From the human T2T-CHM13v2.0 reference genome, Homo sapiens: DNA of 64,000 nt. The notes below the pieces were generated by a model. That model was not told the DNA's origin, made no database searches, and worked only from the letters and a program-made list of their open reading frames with translations. Shown here one piece after another: positions 43,098 to 58,670 of the stretch (its first letter is position 1; each line of letters begins with the position of its first letter). The position numbers were made by a program, and so were the translations under genes. Location: assembly GCF_009914755.1 (NCBI RefSeq), contig NC_060927.1; one strand, given 5' to 3'.

Positions 43098-43631
43098 CAG
43101 TGGTCCCCAATCTTTTGGGTGCCAGGGACCTGTTTCATGGAAGACAATTTTTTCCTGGGGGTGGGGGCTAGGTGGATGGGGAAGGATGGTTTTGGACGAT
43201 TCAAGTGCATTATATTTATTGTGCCCTTTATTTCTATTATTATTGCATTGTAATATATAATGAAACAATTACACAACTCACCATAATGTAGAATCGGTGG
43301 GAGCCCTGAGCTTATTTTCCTGCAACTAGATGGTCCCATCTGGGGGTGATGGGAGACAGTGACAGATCATCAGGCATTAGATTCTCATAAGGAGCATAAC
43401 CTAGATCCCTCTCATGCCTAGTTCACAGTAGTTCCAGCTCCTATGAGAATCTCATGCCACAGCTGATCTGACAGGAGGTGGAGCTCAGACGATAATGTGA
43501 ACCATGGGGAGCAGCTGTAAATACAGATTAAGCTTCCCTGGCTTGCCAGAGATTCACTTCTTGCTGTGTAGCCCGGTTCCTAACAGGCCATGGGCTGGTA
43601 CCCGTTTGTGGCCCGGGGGCTGGGGACACCT
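43098..43631. mobile_element. MER1A-like hAT-Charlie element
   Basis: cagtggtccccaatc...ggggctggggacacct termini and characteristic internal sequence (ttcatggaagacaatttt, ctagatccct, ggagctcag). Confidence 0.82.
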
Positions 43632-44717
43632 TACATACATAAGGTGTTCACTACGAGATATAAGAGGACTTAGCCCAGGTGTTAAGGCAGTGTTCCAGGC
43701 CCCACTGTGGCTCTAATACATTTAGGGATCAGAATATGGACTCTCGAGAGCAGGTTGCTCCTATTATTGCTGGTAAACAAAATTTGCTAGAACGTGGAGA
43801 TCAGCATATACTGTTAGATTCTGATACCGGAGACAATGTAAGCAGTTTCAGATGATATCAAAGGTACAGCATGCAAAAGTGGGTTGCTGAAATGGACCTG
43901 AGGATTCACAGGCAGCCAAAGTTCAGGGTTTTAGATAAATGAGGCACATAAACATTAAGATCTTGTAGGATGATTGCAGGTGTTAGGAGTAAATTTGGAC
44001 TAATTAGGAATCTGTGTCTTCCACTAGGCTGTAAATTCTTTTAACATCTCCAAGGCCTGATAAAGGTTTTTGAATGAATTCGTGAAATACACGATTTCGG
44101 TGAAGAAAAGAATAAAGCAGGTGTCCAAACACTTGAGGTTTTACAGTATTGGCATAAAACATTTGGACCCCTGGCGCCTGGTATCAGGGACTTCCCGACG
44201 CTGGAAGAGTTCAGGGAAGGGAAGCGGGCCCCTCTGGCACCGAAGACACAGAATCCTAGCTACAGCTACTAAAGAAAAGAACACTATCAATTAGGGCCCG
44301 CGTCAGGTTCTCTGGATCTCCCCTTCTCCCATCCTTGACGCTCATCCCTGTGTTCTTTGCGGTGGGCCCGTCGGCCCTGCTGCCATCGATAGAAGCAGCA
44401 CTCTCCCCGTCTGATTTCGCAGGGCCAAAGCCCAGGTGAGAGTCAGGGTAGTGTTCAGACTAGCCCACGCTCCGGTTCTGAGCCGCGACGGCGGTCTCCG
44501 CACGCAACGAAATCAGGCAGGACCGAACCTTGCGTCCTCCAGTGCAGCGAGTTCGGAAGCGACCGGCCGAGCGCGCATGTGCGGGACCCGACATTGTGCT
44601 TGTCCCATCCGGTGCTCCGTAGTTAGCCTCTGTGAGCTCCACGTAGGCCGCGCAAGCGCCCTTGGCGCACAGTTCACCTGCTGCCGTTGTCGTCGCCGCC
44701 GCGGCTCCCGGGGCTGG

Positions 44718-44861
44718 ATGGGGGGCCGAGGCCAGCCAGTGGCACCCGGAAGAAAGAGACGCGGCGGCGGCGACGCCGACACCCTCAGGACGAGTGTCCG
44801 GACTTGCCCACAGCCTCAAGGAGGAGACGGCGAGGCCCGGCCCCCGCTGTCCCTGGTGTAA
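44718..44861 (+). other. Upstream ORF (47 aa) in the presumed GOLGA4 5' UTR
   Basis: tggATGg at 44718, open to TAA at 44859-44861, ending 89 nt before the main ATG. Translation is not demonstrated. Confidence 0.55.
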
Positions 44862-44950
44862 AGAAGTCGCCGTAGCCGTCGCGGCCGGGACTCCCCGGGC
44901 TCTCGCCCTTCAGGTTTCGTTGACACTCAGGACCGTACGTACGCTGCGCC

Positions 44951-45022
44951 ATGTTCAAGAAACTGAAGCAAAAGATCAGCGAGGAGCAGCAGCAGCTCCA
45001 GCAGGCGCTGGCTCCTGCTCAG
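44951..45022 (+). CDS. GOLGA4: GOLGA4 (golgin-245/p230) coding exon 1, 24 codons MFKKLKQKISEEQQQLQQALAPAQ
   Basis: ATG in gccATGt context at 44951. The peptide is the recognisable golgin-245 N-terminus. Phase-0 donor CAG|GTACGA at 45023, inside a CpG island. Confidence 0.97.
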
Positions 45023-47428
45023 GTACGATGGCCGCCGCTCTCCTCCCCTGGTTCCGAATACCTCTTGAACCGGCCCGCGGACGAAAGAGGCGGGGGGAGT
45101 GGGGAAGTTCTTCCGTGACCTTTAACCCCTAACCCGCACTTTTCCCAAACTCCGGACCCAGAAGGAGCTCCGGGCGGTGCAGGTCGTCCGTAACTCCTGA
45201 CCTGGATTTTCCCATCGCAAAACTTCATCCAGTCAATGAGTGGATGGGGGTGGCTGGATCCCTCGTGACATTCCATCTCCGTTAAGAGTTTTCTCCTAAG
45301 GCCAGAGTCCGAACTTGCATGATTTCTGATCCATATTTGAGGTTTTCCCACTCATCTGAGACCCCACGCTGGGAATGAGGGCGGGGTGGAAAAACCCGGG
45401 TCCCTTGTGATATCTGACCTCTGCTCGAGGTGTCCCCCTCTCTTTTGCCAGTCGTGAGATTTTGTATGGAATGGCCAGGATCCCGCACAATTGACCCTCG
45501 ACGGAAGTCTCCTAATTCCAAACCCAGGTCCAGGGATTGAAGGCTGGGGAGTAGAGCCATCCTGGGTCAGGCTGCTGGTAGGAGCGGTGGGACCTGAAAG
45601 ACGTGGCGGCGTGGCCGGCGTCCAGCGCCCGAGGCTGTCACGAGTTAGTCACTTCGCATAACTTGGTTAATCCGGGACTGGCGGGCGGAGGGGCAGACAC
45701 TCTGCCTGTCCGGAGCTCTGCTCTGCTTTTTAAGTCTTGCTGCTCTGCGGACAGGGTTATGCTTGTTTTTCAGGAATGCTGTTGCTTTAGGAAATGCGTT
45801 TCCAGGGAAAAGGAGGCGTGTTAAGTAGTATTAATTTAAAGAAACAATTTCCTAAGCGTTCACTGGAGATGTTTCGATGCTGGCAGCACAGGGTCTTAAC
45901 AGCGAAGACGTCGGTTTCTGCTTAATTTCTTCCCAGCCTTTTTGAATTTCAACAGACTGAGCAGATCTGTCCCTTAATTTTAGGGTTTTTGGTCTTTGCT
46001 TGCGGTTGCAAGAAAAGCTGAGTTTTGACTAACTTGGAGGCATTTCTAAATTCTTAACATACAACGATTGCATTAGGTTTATTCTGAAACTATAAATTGA
46101 AGTTGTTCTTTTTAAATGTAAAGCTCATGTGTAGTAAAACAGTGCTTGAGAAAAACATCAGAACACAACACTGAAGGGTTGCTTCTTTTCTCAAGTGCAA
46201 ATGGTAATTAAAATTTAAATGGTAAAGATTGTCCTTTTCATACCATCTATTGCAGTCATTTACAATTTTACAAAACACTGTTAATTAAGAAACAAAGATA
46301 AACTTTAAAAGTGAGGTAGAGATGAGGAATGTGAGGAAATGGGCATGTTAGTGAATGTAAGGCACTTCCACTTGGGAATGTATAAAATGTAATTGAGCCA
46401 GGATTCCATTTCTAGAAATTTATTCTAAGAAAATTTAGGTTGTATTAAAGATTTAGCTCTATGGATTTTCACGTCAATGTTGTTTTAATAGGTTAAAAAC
46501 TAGCCAAAAATGTCCAACAATAGAGAATTGGTTAAATTTTATCAGGCAATTAGTTATGCTTCATAGGTTATTATGCAGCCATAAAAAGTCAACATTTACT
46601 GTGTCATTAGTATGTACCAGACATTTTGCTTAGTATTTACACAGATTATTTAATCTCACATAAACCTGTGAGGTAGATAATACTATAATTCCTCTTTTAT
46701 AGATGAAGGAGTGAGGCTCGAAGAGGTGAAGTAACTTGCCTAATGTTACGCAGCTAGTGTTAGAGTCTTCAGAAAAGTATTAACACAGAAGGATATTTGT
46801 GTTAAAAGACAGAAGCAGCAGGTAAAATGTGATCCCAGTTTTGGGAAAAAGAATCTGTATGTAAGTGTATTTATATACACACATAGTAAAACTAGTTTAA
46901 GAAGAATATACTTTAAGGTGCTGGTGAATTATTGAGTGTGCTTTTTCTTATTTGTAGTGTTTAGCTTTTCTTCGTGAAAATGAATTGTTTTTGTTCATTA
47001 ACAAAGAGGTTTTTAGTAATAATAAGCTAGTCACAAACTAAGATATAAGAGCTCTGTTTCTATAGCTTAATGCTTCTGGTGAGACAGGGCATCTGGATCA
47101 AATAAAATCACTTTGTGTACGAAAGGTTTAAAATAATCCTTTTGGATTATATGTATATTCACTATGTTGGCCAGGCTGGTCTCCAACTCCGGACCTCTGG
47201 TGATCCGCCAGCCCCGGCCTCCCAAAATGCTGGGATTACAGGTGTGAGCCACTGCGCCTGGCCATTCGTGGTCTACTTTTGATAATTATTTTGTAACCTT
47301 TCTTTCTGCCTGCCATATATTTTTCTCCTTGCTTGTGAATTGTTGTGATCTTAGAAACAAAAAATGTGGCCTGGTATGGTGGCCTTACGCCTGTAATCCC
47401 AGCACTTTGAATCGCTTGAACTCAGTAG

Positions 47429-47778
<350 letters not shown>

Positions 47779-47924
47779 TCAATAAAAGAAACATCAAGAA
47801 GTAATACAGACATTGTAATTTCTTGGGATATATGTAGTACATGAATACAAATATTTTAAAACATTTTTAGCCTTTTCAAGTACTTCTAAAACTTAAAAAT
47901 TATAGAAGTACAGATACAAAAGGA

Positions 47925-48190
47925 TGAATACATGACTCCACTTAATTGAGGTACCTAGAGTAGTCAAATTCTTAGAGACAAAATAGAATGGTTGTTGCCA
48001 AAGGCTGGAGAGAGGAGAGAATGGGGAGTTACTGTGTAGTGGGTACAGAGTTTTAGTTTGGAAAGATGAAAACGTACTGGTGATGGATGGTGGTGATTCC
48101 ACAACAGTGTGAATGTAGTTCATGCCACTGAATTGTACAGCTACAAATGTTTAAAATGGTAAATTTTATGTTATGTATATTTTTAAAAAA
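47925..48190 (+). mobile_element. L1M 3' end fragment
   Basis: gaggtacctagagtagtcaaattc...gatggtggtgat...aaaatggtaaattttatgttatgtat. Confidence 0.8.
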
Positions 48191-48957
48191 TCAACATATA
48201 CGCCCCTCCTTATGCCTGCAGAATCATCCCTTATTTTTTTCCCTCAGCTCAGAGATGGCAGCTGACCTCACTCTTTTAGAGTGAGACCCCAAAATAATAG
48301 TTTATGTGATATAAATTTAAAAAATAAAAACAAAAAAACCAGCAAACAGTTCCACAGATAACAGGGAAAAGAGTCCTTTCTGAAGGGACATAGCCTTATT
48401 GTAAATCCAAGTTTACTAAATAGTTTCAGTCTTGAAATTGGGGAAAGCATGAGTCCCAGAGAAAACATTTAGATCAGAAGGTAGTTTATTAAGAACATGA
48501 TGAAAGGCTTTAATAAGTTTGGTACCTAAAATATAAAGGTTTATTTGAAGAATTAACCCCAAGTTACTTTGACTGCTCTTTTAGAACTGGGATGTCAAAT
48601 TGATTTGGCAGTGACTTACAACAGTGCTGTGATGAGGATTCAATGGCTGTGTCTCTGCTGTGACTAATCCATAGGTGTTGTAGGGAGAGTGAAATGAACC
48701 AGATGTTAGTTATGAACAGTGAATGCCTAGGTCCTCTGCTGGATGTTGCATTTGCTTTGAAGGGTCTATGTAGTCCCTACACAATGGAGTTGAGAGACAA
48801 GTACTTTCAGTGTAATAGTGATATATACAGGGTGTTGTAGTTGTGCAAAATAAGGCATTTCTGGAGAAGATCAGGGTGACATCTGAGTAGAGCCTTGATG
48901 GATAATGAAAAGTCATGGTATAGGGACAAGGGATTCAAGGCTTATTCCTAAGGATGA

Positions 48958-49527
48958 CTGGATTAGTTTTCTAATATTGCATAACAAGTTACCACAACCT
49001 TAGTGCCTAATAACCCAGTTATTATTTTATAGTTCTGTAGGTCAGAAGTCTGGCATGGCATGACTGGGTTCTCTGCTCAGGGTCTTGCAAGGCTAAAATC
49101 AATATGTTGTCCAAGCTGCTTTCTCATCTGGAGCTCAGGATCTTTTTGTATGCCCATGTGGTTGTGGTAGAATTCAGTCCTTTCTGGTTATAGGACTGGG
49201 GCCTTCATTTCTTGCTGACCACTTTCGGCTTAGAGGCTACCAGCAGCTCCTTGCCACGTGCCCCTGTAGGCATTTTGCTTTCTTTCAGGACAGCAGAAGT
49301 ACGTCCCTCTGCCCTCTAGACCCATATTTGAAGGGCTTATGTAATTAGTTTAGACCCATCCAGGTAATCTTTTGATGAACTCATGGTCAACTGATTAGTA
49401 ACCTAGTAACCTTAAATATGCCTTTAAAATCCCTTTGCCCTGTAATATAACAATTATGAGAGTGATAGCTCATTATATTCACAGGGCAGGGGTCATTTGG
49501 GGTCATCTTACAGTTTTGCTTATCACA
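48958..49527 (-). mobile_element. MLT1-family MaLR LTR
   Basis: attagttttct...ataacaagttaccacaaccttagtg...ggtcagaagtctggcatgg...cttatcaca. Confidence 0.72.
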
Positions 49528-52500
49528 ATGACTAAAATGGTTTTTCTTAAGTTTTTGTAGAGTCAGGGTCTTACTGTGTTACTCAGGCAGTCTTGAACTC
49601 CTGGCCTCAAGTGATCGTCTTGCCTTGGCCTCTCAAAGTGTTGGGATTACAGGCATGAGCCACTGTGCACAGCTAAAATGGTTTTTCTTACACTGAAATT
49701 GAGTATAACTGTGGTCAGTTAATAATTAGGTAGTGGGCAATAAAATATTAATTGTGGGTCTGGATGTAGCTGTCAGGTTTTTTGGTTAACAGCTTAGAAA
49801 GCTGACTCAGATTTCTTATGGCTATTGCAATTAATCAGCTCAAGTTTGGTTTGAAGGAACCTAAATCCCTTTATATCTTGAAGTGAGGATAGCCCATTAA
49901 GGAACCAGGCACCTGGGACAAATGCTGAAGTACAGTTAGTTCTTTATGCACTGTTATATACTTTATACTCACATCCATTTTCTCATATAATTCTTACTCT
50001 TGTAACTCCAGAGGAAGATCCAGAGGAAGATCAACAAGTCATCAGGCCACGTTTTGCCAGATAGTACTACTTTTCTAGGGAGAGTATGTTTTAGAATCTG
50101 TTAAACTTTGTAAACCCCGTTATTTGATTTTTTTGTCAGTTTCTCCAGAGCTGATGAGGCTCTCAGTTACTGATTAGACCATATGAGGCCAAGGTGTAAG
50201 ACGTAATGCCAATTTTTCAGATTTGCAGTGAGGTATACTTTTTAAGCAGTTGGAAGGTCACTGTCTAAGGTAGCCCTTTCCTGGCATCTGGATATTTGGA
50301 AAGCTGAATTAATAACCCAGAGATTTCTTAGACATGATAGAATCACAACAGAGAGAGTTGATTAGTCAAGAGGTATTTCCTGTGGTCTAGTAGTACTTTT
50401 CTAACTTTTTACCACCCAGTGACCATTTTATTAAAGGAGTTCTTAGATATAATCATTTATAAATACATAGATACAAAAGGCTGCCCCCATAGTGGCAGCC
50501 TTTGAGGCACCTACAGCCTTTGAAGCTGGCACTGGCATGGTTTGCAAATTATGGCTCTAGGTGTGGGAAGGGTTTATTGAATTTATCTCAACTTTAATGA
50601 AAGCTATTTCTGATGTTCTTTGAACATTTGTAATTTGAACGTGGTGTTCAAGGTAGGCTCAAACTTATTCCAAGACTGAGACTAATACTACACAGTGACT
50701 GTGCTTTCCCTTGCCATTTTCTAAGTACAATGTTGACTTTTAGTCACATATTTTCTAGACATTTAAACCATTGCTAAGGCTTCAACTTTATTTCACATTG
50801 ATTGATTTTCTTGTTTATATGCTTTTTTTTTTGAGACGGAGTCTTGCTCTGTCACCCAGGCTGGAGTGTAGTGGTGCAATCTTGGCTCACTGCAACCTCT
50901 GCAGTTGAAGCAATTCTCCTGCCTCAGCCTCCTGAGTACCTGGGATTACAGGCGCACAACACTACTCTTGTTCATGTTTTTAAGTCCTTATTCTTCCTGT
51001 TTTGTCTTTGGTGGGAGAGGATATGTCATCCCTTAAGGTGACTTCTGCACATAGCTAATTTCATCTGTTGTATTGATTTTTCTGGTTCATCTTTTAGAAG
51101 GTGTTGGAGTTCTTGGTTGTAAGCAACAAAAAGTCAATCTAGGTAAGCAGAAAAATAATTTATTGAAGACTCTTTACCCTACAGAATTTCCCTGAGGTCC
51201 CAAAAGTCTGAGCTGATTGCTACGTCCAGTTATACTGGGGAGACTACTCTGTGTTGCAGCTGCTTCAGCTTGGCACCAGCATTGCATCTGTCACTTCACA
51301 GCTTATATTTGTGTGGATGCATGAAGTTCTGTCTCCATTGTCATCAGATGATGAACTTTATTTGTATGTCTGTTTTTTCACATCACTCACTTATGACTCG
51401 AAGTCTCATGTGTTTCATTGATGGAGCTCAGGTTACCCTGTCTCAGATAAAAAGAAGATTGGGTTAGTAAGTTTTCTGAGTTCTAACTTACGGACTTATA
51501 AGAGCTGTTTATAGAAAAAAGGTTATTAAACTTTTGTCATATTTGTAGATGCTTTTCCTCACCTCCCAATTAAACTGCTGCTTTGATTTGTTTTTCACAT
51601 AAAAATCTCTTTCCCATTCAGAGATTGTAGAAATAGACTCTTGAATTTTTTGTATTTCAATAAAAAAAATTAAATCTTTAATATAGCTTAAGTATGAAGG
51701 ATCTGATTTGTGTGTCTTGCCCCATATGGATGGCCAGTTGTCCCAACATTTATTGAATGTCTATCCTGATGCAAAATGTTACTTTTATCATAAGCTAAAT
51801 ATGTATATGTCTGTCTGGATGTATATATGTGTATATAGAGTATGTGTATATTTGTATACTATTCCTCACGACCTCTCAGTTCCACCCTAACCACAGCAGT
51901 TTGTGCACGGATACCACAGACCAGAGTTCCATTTGTTTATTCATTCATTCATTTATTTGACAAATATTTATTAACTGCCTTTTGTAAAGTGCAGACTACA
52001 AAAAGAGGTAAGATATCATGACTCATTCATTTCTCAAAATAGATCTGAGTTCAGATCTATTTTGCTGTGGGTGTAGGGGGATTTCAAAATTTTGGTTTTA
52101 TACTTTTAGGGTTGTTTTTAGCTCACCTTAGAGTAGACCCCAGACCTCTAGTTTAAATTTTGAGCCCTTTCTCCTGAGTTTTTTTGCGCTGAGGGTTATA
52201 GGAGTCAGGCTGTCAATTACAGAGCTAAATGGAATAGCATCTCAGTATTTAGCAGTGGTATTCAAGGTAGGCTCAAAGCAAGGCCATTAATTAGGTGGGC
52301 AAGTGCTGTTTATCTGTGCATTTCATACTATTGAATGTTAGAGCTAGAAGGTAGAAGGGATCTTAAAGATTGAATTGCCAGCCTTTTTTTTTTAAATGAA
52401 CTTCTAATTTTGGAATAATTTTGGTTTATAGAAAAGTTCTAAAGATAGTGCAGAGAGTTTTTATATACCCCTCACCTGGCTTCAGTTTTCTCTAATATTA

Positions 52501-52794
52501 TCATCTTACACTAGTATCGCAACTTTATTTTATATATGGAGACACATAGTCCTCAAAAAGTTCATGTAGCTAAGATCATAGTTCTAGTTGGTGGCAGAGT
52601 TAGGCCAGGGACCTAGTAGGTAGCCTGGGTTTTCTAGTTGATTATATTTGTTATCCTTTTCTGCTTTTCGTGTTTTTGCTCTTTTCCTTTCTTTCACTGA
52701 ATTCTTTGGGCATGGACTGAGAGAAGGACTACCTAGTTCATAGTTCACTAGTCAATATAGTCTTGCTAATTTGTGCAATAATTTTTAAATCTAG

Positions 52795-52884
52795 GCGTCC
52801 TCCAATTCTTCAACACCAACAAGAATGAGGAGCAGGACATCTTCATTTACAGAGCAACTTGATGAAGGTACACCCAATAGAGAG
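52795..52884 (+). CDS. GOLGA4: GOLGA4 coding exon 2, 30 codons ASSNSSTPTRMRSRTSSFTEQLDEGTPNRE
   Basis: Acceptor tttttaaatctag|G and donor GAG|GTAAGT. 90 nt, phase 0/0, continuing the known golgin-245 sequence in frame from exon 1. Confidence 0.96.
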
Positions 52885-53529
52885 GTAAGTTTGGAATTCC
52901 TTTTCTAGTATACCTCTCAAAAGAAACTAATCTAAAATGTATGCTGTTGATAACAAAATGGGAAACTTTTGACAGGTCAGCTATTTAATTCCTAGGTAGA
53001 GTTTTTATTAGTAACACAATTGGTCTTTTTTTTTTTTTTTTCACAAATAGCAGTTATGATTTATGTCTGTCTGTCTGTCTGTATGTATGTATGTATGTTT
53101 TTGAGACAGGGTCTGGTTCTGTCACCCAGGCTAGAGTGTGGTGGCACGATCACTGCACATTGCAGCCTTGACCTTCTGGATTCAAGTGATCCTCTAACTT
53201 CAGCCTCCTGAGTAGCTGGGACTATAGGCGCACGCCACCTGCCTGGCTAACGTTTAAATTTTTCGTAGACGGGGTCCCACTATGTTGCTCAGGCTGGTCT
53301 TGAACTCCTGGGCTCAAGTGATTCTCCCAATTATGCTTTATAAAGTATGGTTGTTGAGAACCTTAATTTGAGAGGATAATATGTTCTGGATTTAATAGTT
53401 GAAGTTTTCAGAATAATTTGATAAATTTGTTCAACATAGCATCATTTTTTCAAGCTGGTGAGTGGAAACTGAGAAGTAACTTATTTAACTTATTCCATGT
53501 AACCAGCAGCTGGCATTAAAACTCATTAT

Positions 53530-54510
<981 letters not shown>

Positions 54511-55253
54511 CTAGGTATGGTGGCATGCACCTGTGTGGTCCCAGCTACTCAGGAGGCTAAGGCAGGGGCATTACTTGAGCCTCGGAGGTCGAAGCTGCAG
54601 TGAACCATGATTGCACCAGCCTAGGTGACACAGTAAGACCCTGTCTTTCAAAAAAAAAAAAAAGCCTGGTTCCCATCCATTTCCCATCCCTGACAGTACC
54701 TTCTATCTTAGAAGTTTAACAAAATGAGAAACCGCATAGGGTACAGGGAAATGATGAAAAAATTAATTTAATGTCCTTTTAACCAAAAACTTAATTATAT
54801 AATTGAAAAATCCTTTATTTATTATAAAATAAGTTGAAGTAAGGTTTAGATTGCACTCTGTGGTCAAAGTACCTGTTAAAGTTGTCAAAAAAGCTTAAAA
54901 AGCAAGGAGATGAAGTGATGACAATGCTTTGTCATTCTATCCGAAACCATCTCTTAGCTAGGATTGTTAATATTAAAATTTAGAAAGAAATAAATAAACT
55001 TTAGCTGACTTGGTCGATTGTAAAAGAGTGCTAAAACCAAATCTTTCAGAAATAATTATTTTGTAAAGGTATATTCAATTAAATTATTTTAAAGCATCCT
55101 AGATTTTTAAAAAGTATTTTAAAAAAGCAATGGTAGCAGTCAGCCGGGCATGGTGGCTCACGCCTGTAATCCCAGCACTTTGGGAGGCCGAGGTGGGCAG
55201 ATCACTTGAGGCCAGGAGTTCGAGACCAGCCTGATCAATATGGTGAAACCCTA

Positions 55254-55457
<204 letters not shown>

Positions 55458-56505
55458 CTATTTTCAGTGTTTCACTTTATTGTATGCAAACTAATATACT
55501 ATAATGTCAATCAATATACTGAGTATAGAAATGATGCCATTAATACTGATTGCAAAAACATTACAACTCAGTACTGCAGCTTTCATTCAAATAGGTTATA
55601 TGTATAAACTGAGTTCAACAATATTGTATTTGAGATGGTAAAGTTAAAGAAATGCAATAATGTAAATAATACTTAAGAAAATAAGATCTCAGGAAACTGT
55701 ATATACTCTGTACTTTTATGCAACTTTATCAGATCATTTCAGTATATGCATCAAGGATATAGTGTATATGACATGAACTTTGAGTGCAAAAACTGTACTA
55801 TGTACCTTTTGTTTATTTTGCTGTCAACATCTAAATAAAGGTTTTTTTGTTTGTTTTTTGTTTTTTTAATTGTTTTGTTTTAAAGATTGTTTTAATTAAT
55901 TAAAAAATTAATTGTTTTAATTAAACAATTGTTTAATTGTTTTAAAGTCGCCAGGCTGGAGTTCAGGGGTGCAGTCTTGGCTCACTGCAACCTCCGCCTC
56001 CTGGGTTCAAGTGGCTCTCCTGCCTCAGCCTCCCTAGTAGTTGAGACTATTCGCCACCATGCCCAGCTAATTTTTTGTGTTTTTACTTGAGACGGAGTTT
56101 CACCATGTTGCTGAGAATGGTCTCAATCTCTTGACTTCGCGATCTGCCTGCCTCGGCCTCCCAAAGTGCTGGGATTACGGGCGCGAGCCACTGTGCCGGG
56201 CCGTATTTTTACAATTTTTAAATTAGCTTATATATTATATATATTAGCTTATTATATTATTATTAGCTATTATATATAATATACATTATATAAATTAGCT
56301 TATATATTATATATATAGCTTATATATATTTTAAATTAACTTATACCCTATTATCTAGAAATCCCATTTCTAGAAATCTGTCCTATAGAACAATAGCATT
56401 TTAAATGTATATCCACAAGGCTTACTGTAGAAAGCTATTTATAATACTAAAAAAATGATAAAGTTTGATTTGCAATATTAAGGCTTTTTCCAAACTTATC
56501 TTTAG

Positions 56506-56858
<353 letters not shown>

Positions 56859-57704
56859 TGACCTTTATATGTCCCTTTTATAAAGAAGCCTGAGGCACTC
56901 CAAACAAAGACAGATTTATTTGGGTTTATATACAGTATTTACCAACACAGGAAAGTAGACATATTAGTATTTTCAGCAATAGATAAAAAGGCAAAACCTT
57001 TTTTTAACTTAATGAAATCAGGAAATTAACTTAATGAAACCATTCTACCACCTAAGCATTCCAGATACGTAGACTTTACTGTGTCTACTGTTGCGGTGGA
57101 CAAATATTTATGTTTTGAGCTAAATTTCCACATTTTCTTTTAAAAAAAAGCATTTTTTTTTTTGTTTTTTGAGACAGGGTCTCACTCTGTTGCCCAGGTT
57201 GAAGCATAGTGGCACAATCTCAGCACTACGCAGCTTCAACCTCCTGAGCTCAAGTGATCCATCCACCTTGGCCTCGTAAAGTGCTGGGATTACAGGCATG
57301 AGTCACCGCACAGGGCCAAACAAACAAACAAACAAACAAAAAAACACTTAACACTTAAAATAAATCCAAGCCAGTCACAGTGGTGTGCACCTGTAGTCCC
57401 AGCTACTCAGGAGGCTGAGGCAAGAGGATCCCTTGAGCCCAGGAAATGGTTTTTCAATATGGTGTGAAGTAGGGATCAAGTTTCATCCCCTCCAGTATGT
57501 GTATCCGGTTGTCTCATCTTTTTCACACTGCTCTACTGTTCTACATTTTTTCATTAATTGGGTCCATATGTCCATATTTGAGTGGCTGAGTTCTCTATTC
57601 TGTTCCATTGTTCTCTTTGATACCACACTGTCTTAATGAGTATCGTTTTACATTCATGCTTTATATTCATGTCCATATTTGAGTGGCTTTGTTTCTGAGC
57701 TTTA

Positions 57705-57902
<198 letters not shown>

Positions 57903-58317
57903 TTATTATAAACATTGAAGGCAGAGGAGAGTAGACTGAATTTGCATTGACTCTGAAGTCTACATTAAGTCTACTCTGGGTACTCTCCTATCCTGCGCAA
58001 ATGGCAGATCTGTCTATTTGATCATAGCACTCTCTCCTGGTGATCCTAGGCATAGCCCCACTATCCTCAGAGTAGGGCTTCCTGTCCTTGTTGTTGCTTG
58101 AGGTTAATCTTTTTTGCTTCCCTAGTTCTGGGTTGCTTTAGAGCAACATGTGATGTAGGATCCTGTAAGGGATTAACTAGGGCAAATGAAGCTAACATCC
58201 TCCTATCCTCTGCCCCACTCCAGATTGGACCTGGACTTTTTCAGCGATAGGGTATCACTATGTTGCTCTGGCTGGCCTCCAACTCCTGGGCTCAAGGGAC
58301 CCTGATTTTTTTTTTTT

Positions 58318-58670
58318 AATTGAGTTTAAATTCATATAACATAAATTAACCATTTAAAGCAAACAATTAAGTAGCGTTCAGTACATTCCCAGTGTTGTAC
58401 ATTCATCACATCTATCTAGTTCCATAACATTTCCATCACCCCAAAATGAAACCCCATGCTGATTAAGCAGTCATTCCCACTCCTTCCTCCAACCCCTAGC
58501 AACCATTAATTTGCTTTCTGTCTTAATGGATTTACCTTTTCTGGATATTTCATATAAATGGAATCATTCGATATGTTACCTTTTGTGTCTGACCACTTTT
58601 ACTTAGCTTAATGTTTTCAAGATTCATTTGTGTTGTAGCATGTATCTACTTTCTTTTTATAACTGAGTCT
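58318..58670 (-). mobile_element. L1M 3' UTR fragment
   Basis: aaattcatataacataaattaaccattt...ggatatttcatataaatggaatcat. Confidence 0.78.

Larger units (their letters stand above)
44280..45720. promoter_or_regulatory. CpG island / GOLGA4 promoter and 5' UTR (TSS inferred near 44.6-44.7 kb; probably bidirectional)
   Basis: Sharp rise in GC content and unmutated CpG. ETS-type CGGAAG at 44554 and 44747, NRF1-like GCGCGCATGTGCG at 44571-44583, no TATA box. TSS position is inferred. Confidence 0.9.

Noticed and set aside
44423-44435. 13-nt plus-strand microexon candidate (ttcgcag|...cag|gtgaga)
   Set aside because: It lies upstream of the inferred TSS and is too short to distinguish from chance.
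45400-45660. Possible structured ncRNA (7SK/5S-like) in intron 1
   Set aside because: No match to the 7SK, 5S or snRNA sequences I know. Best explained as the CpG-island tail.
50478-50497. CTCF-like ctgccactatgggggcagcc
   Set aside because: Needs an extra base in the core and lacks the invariant AG, so it is a weak match.
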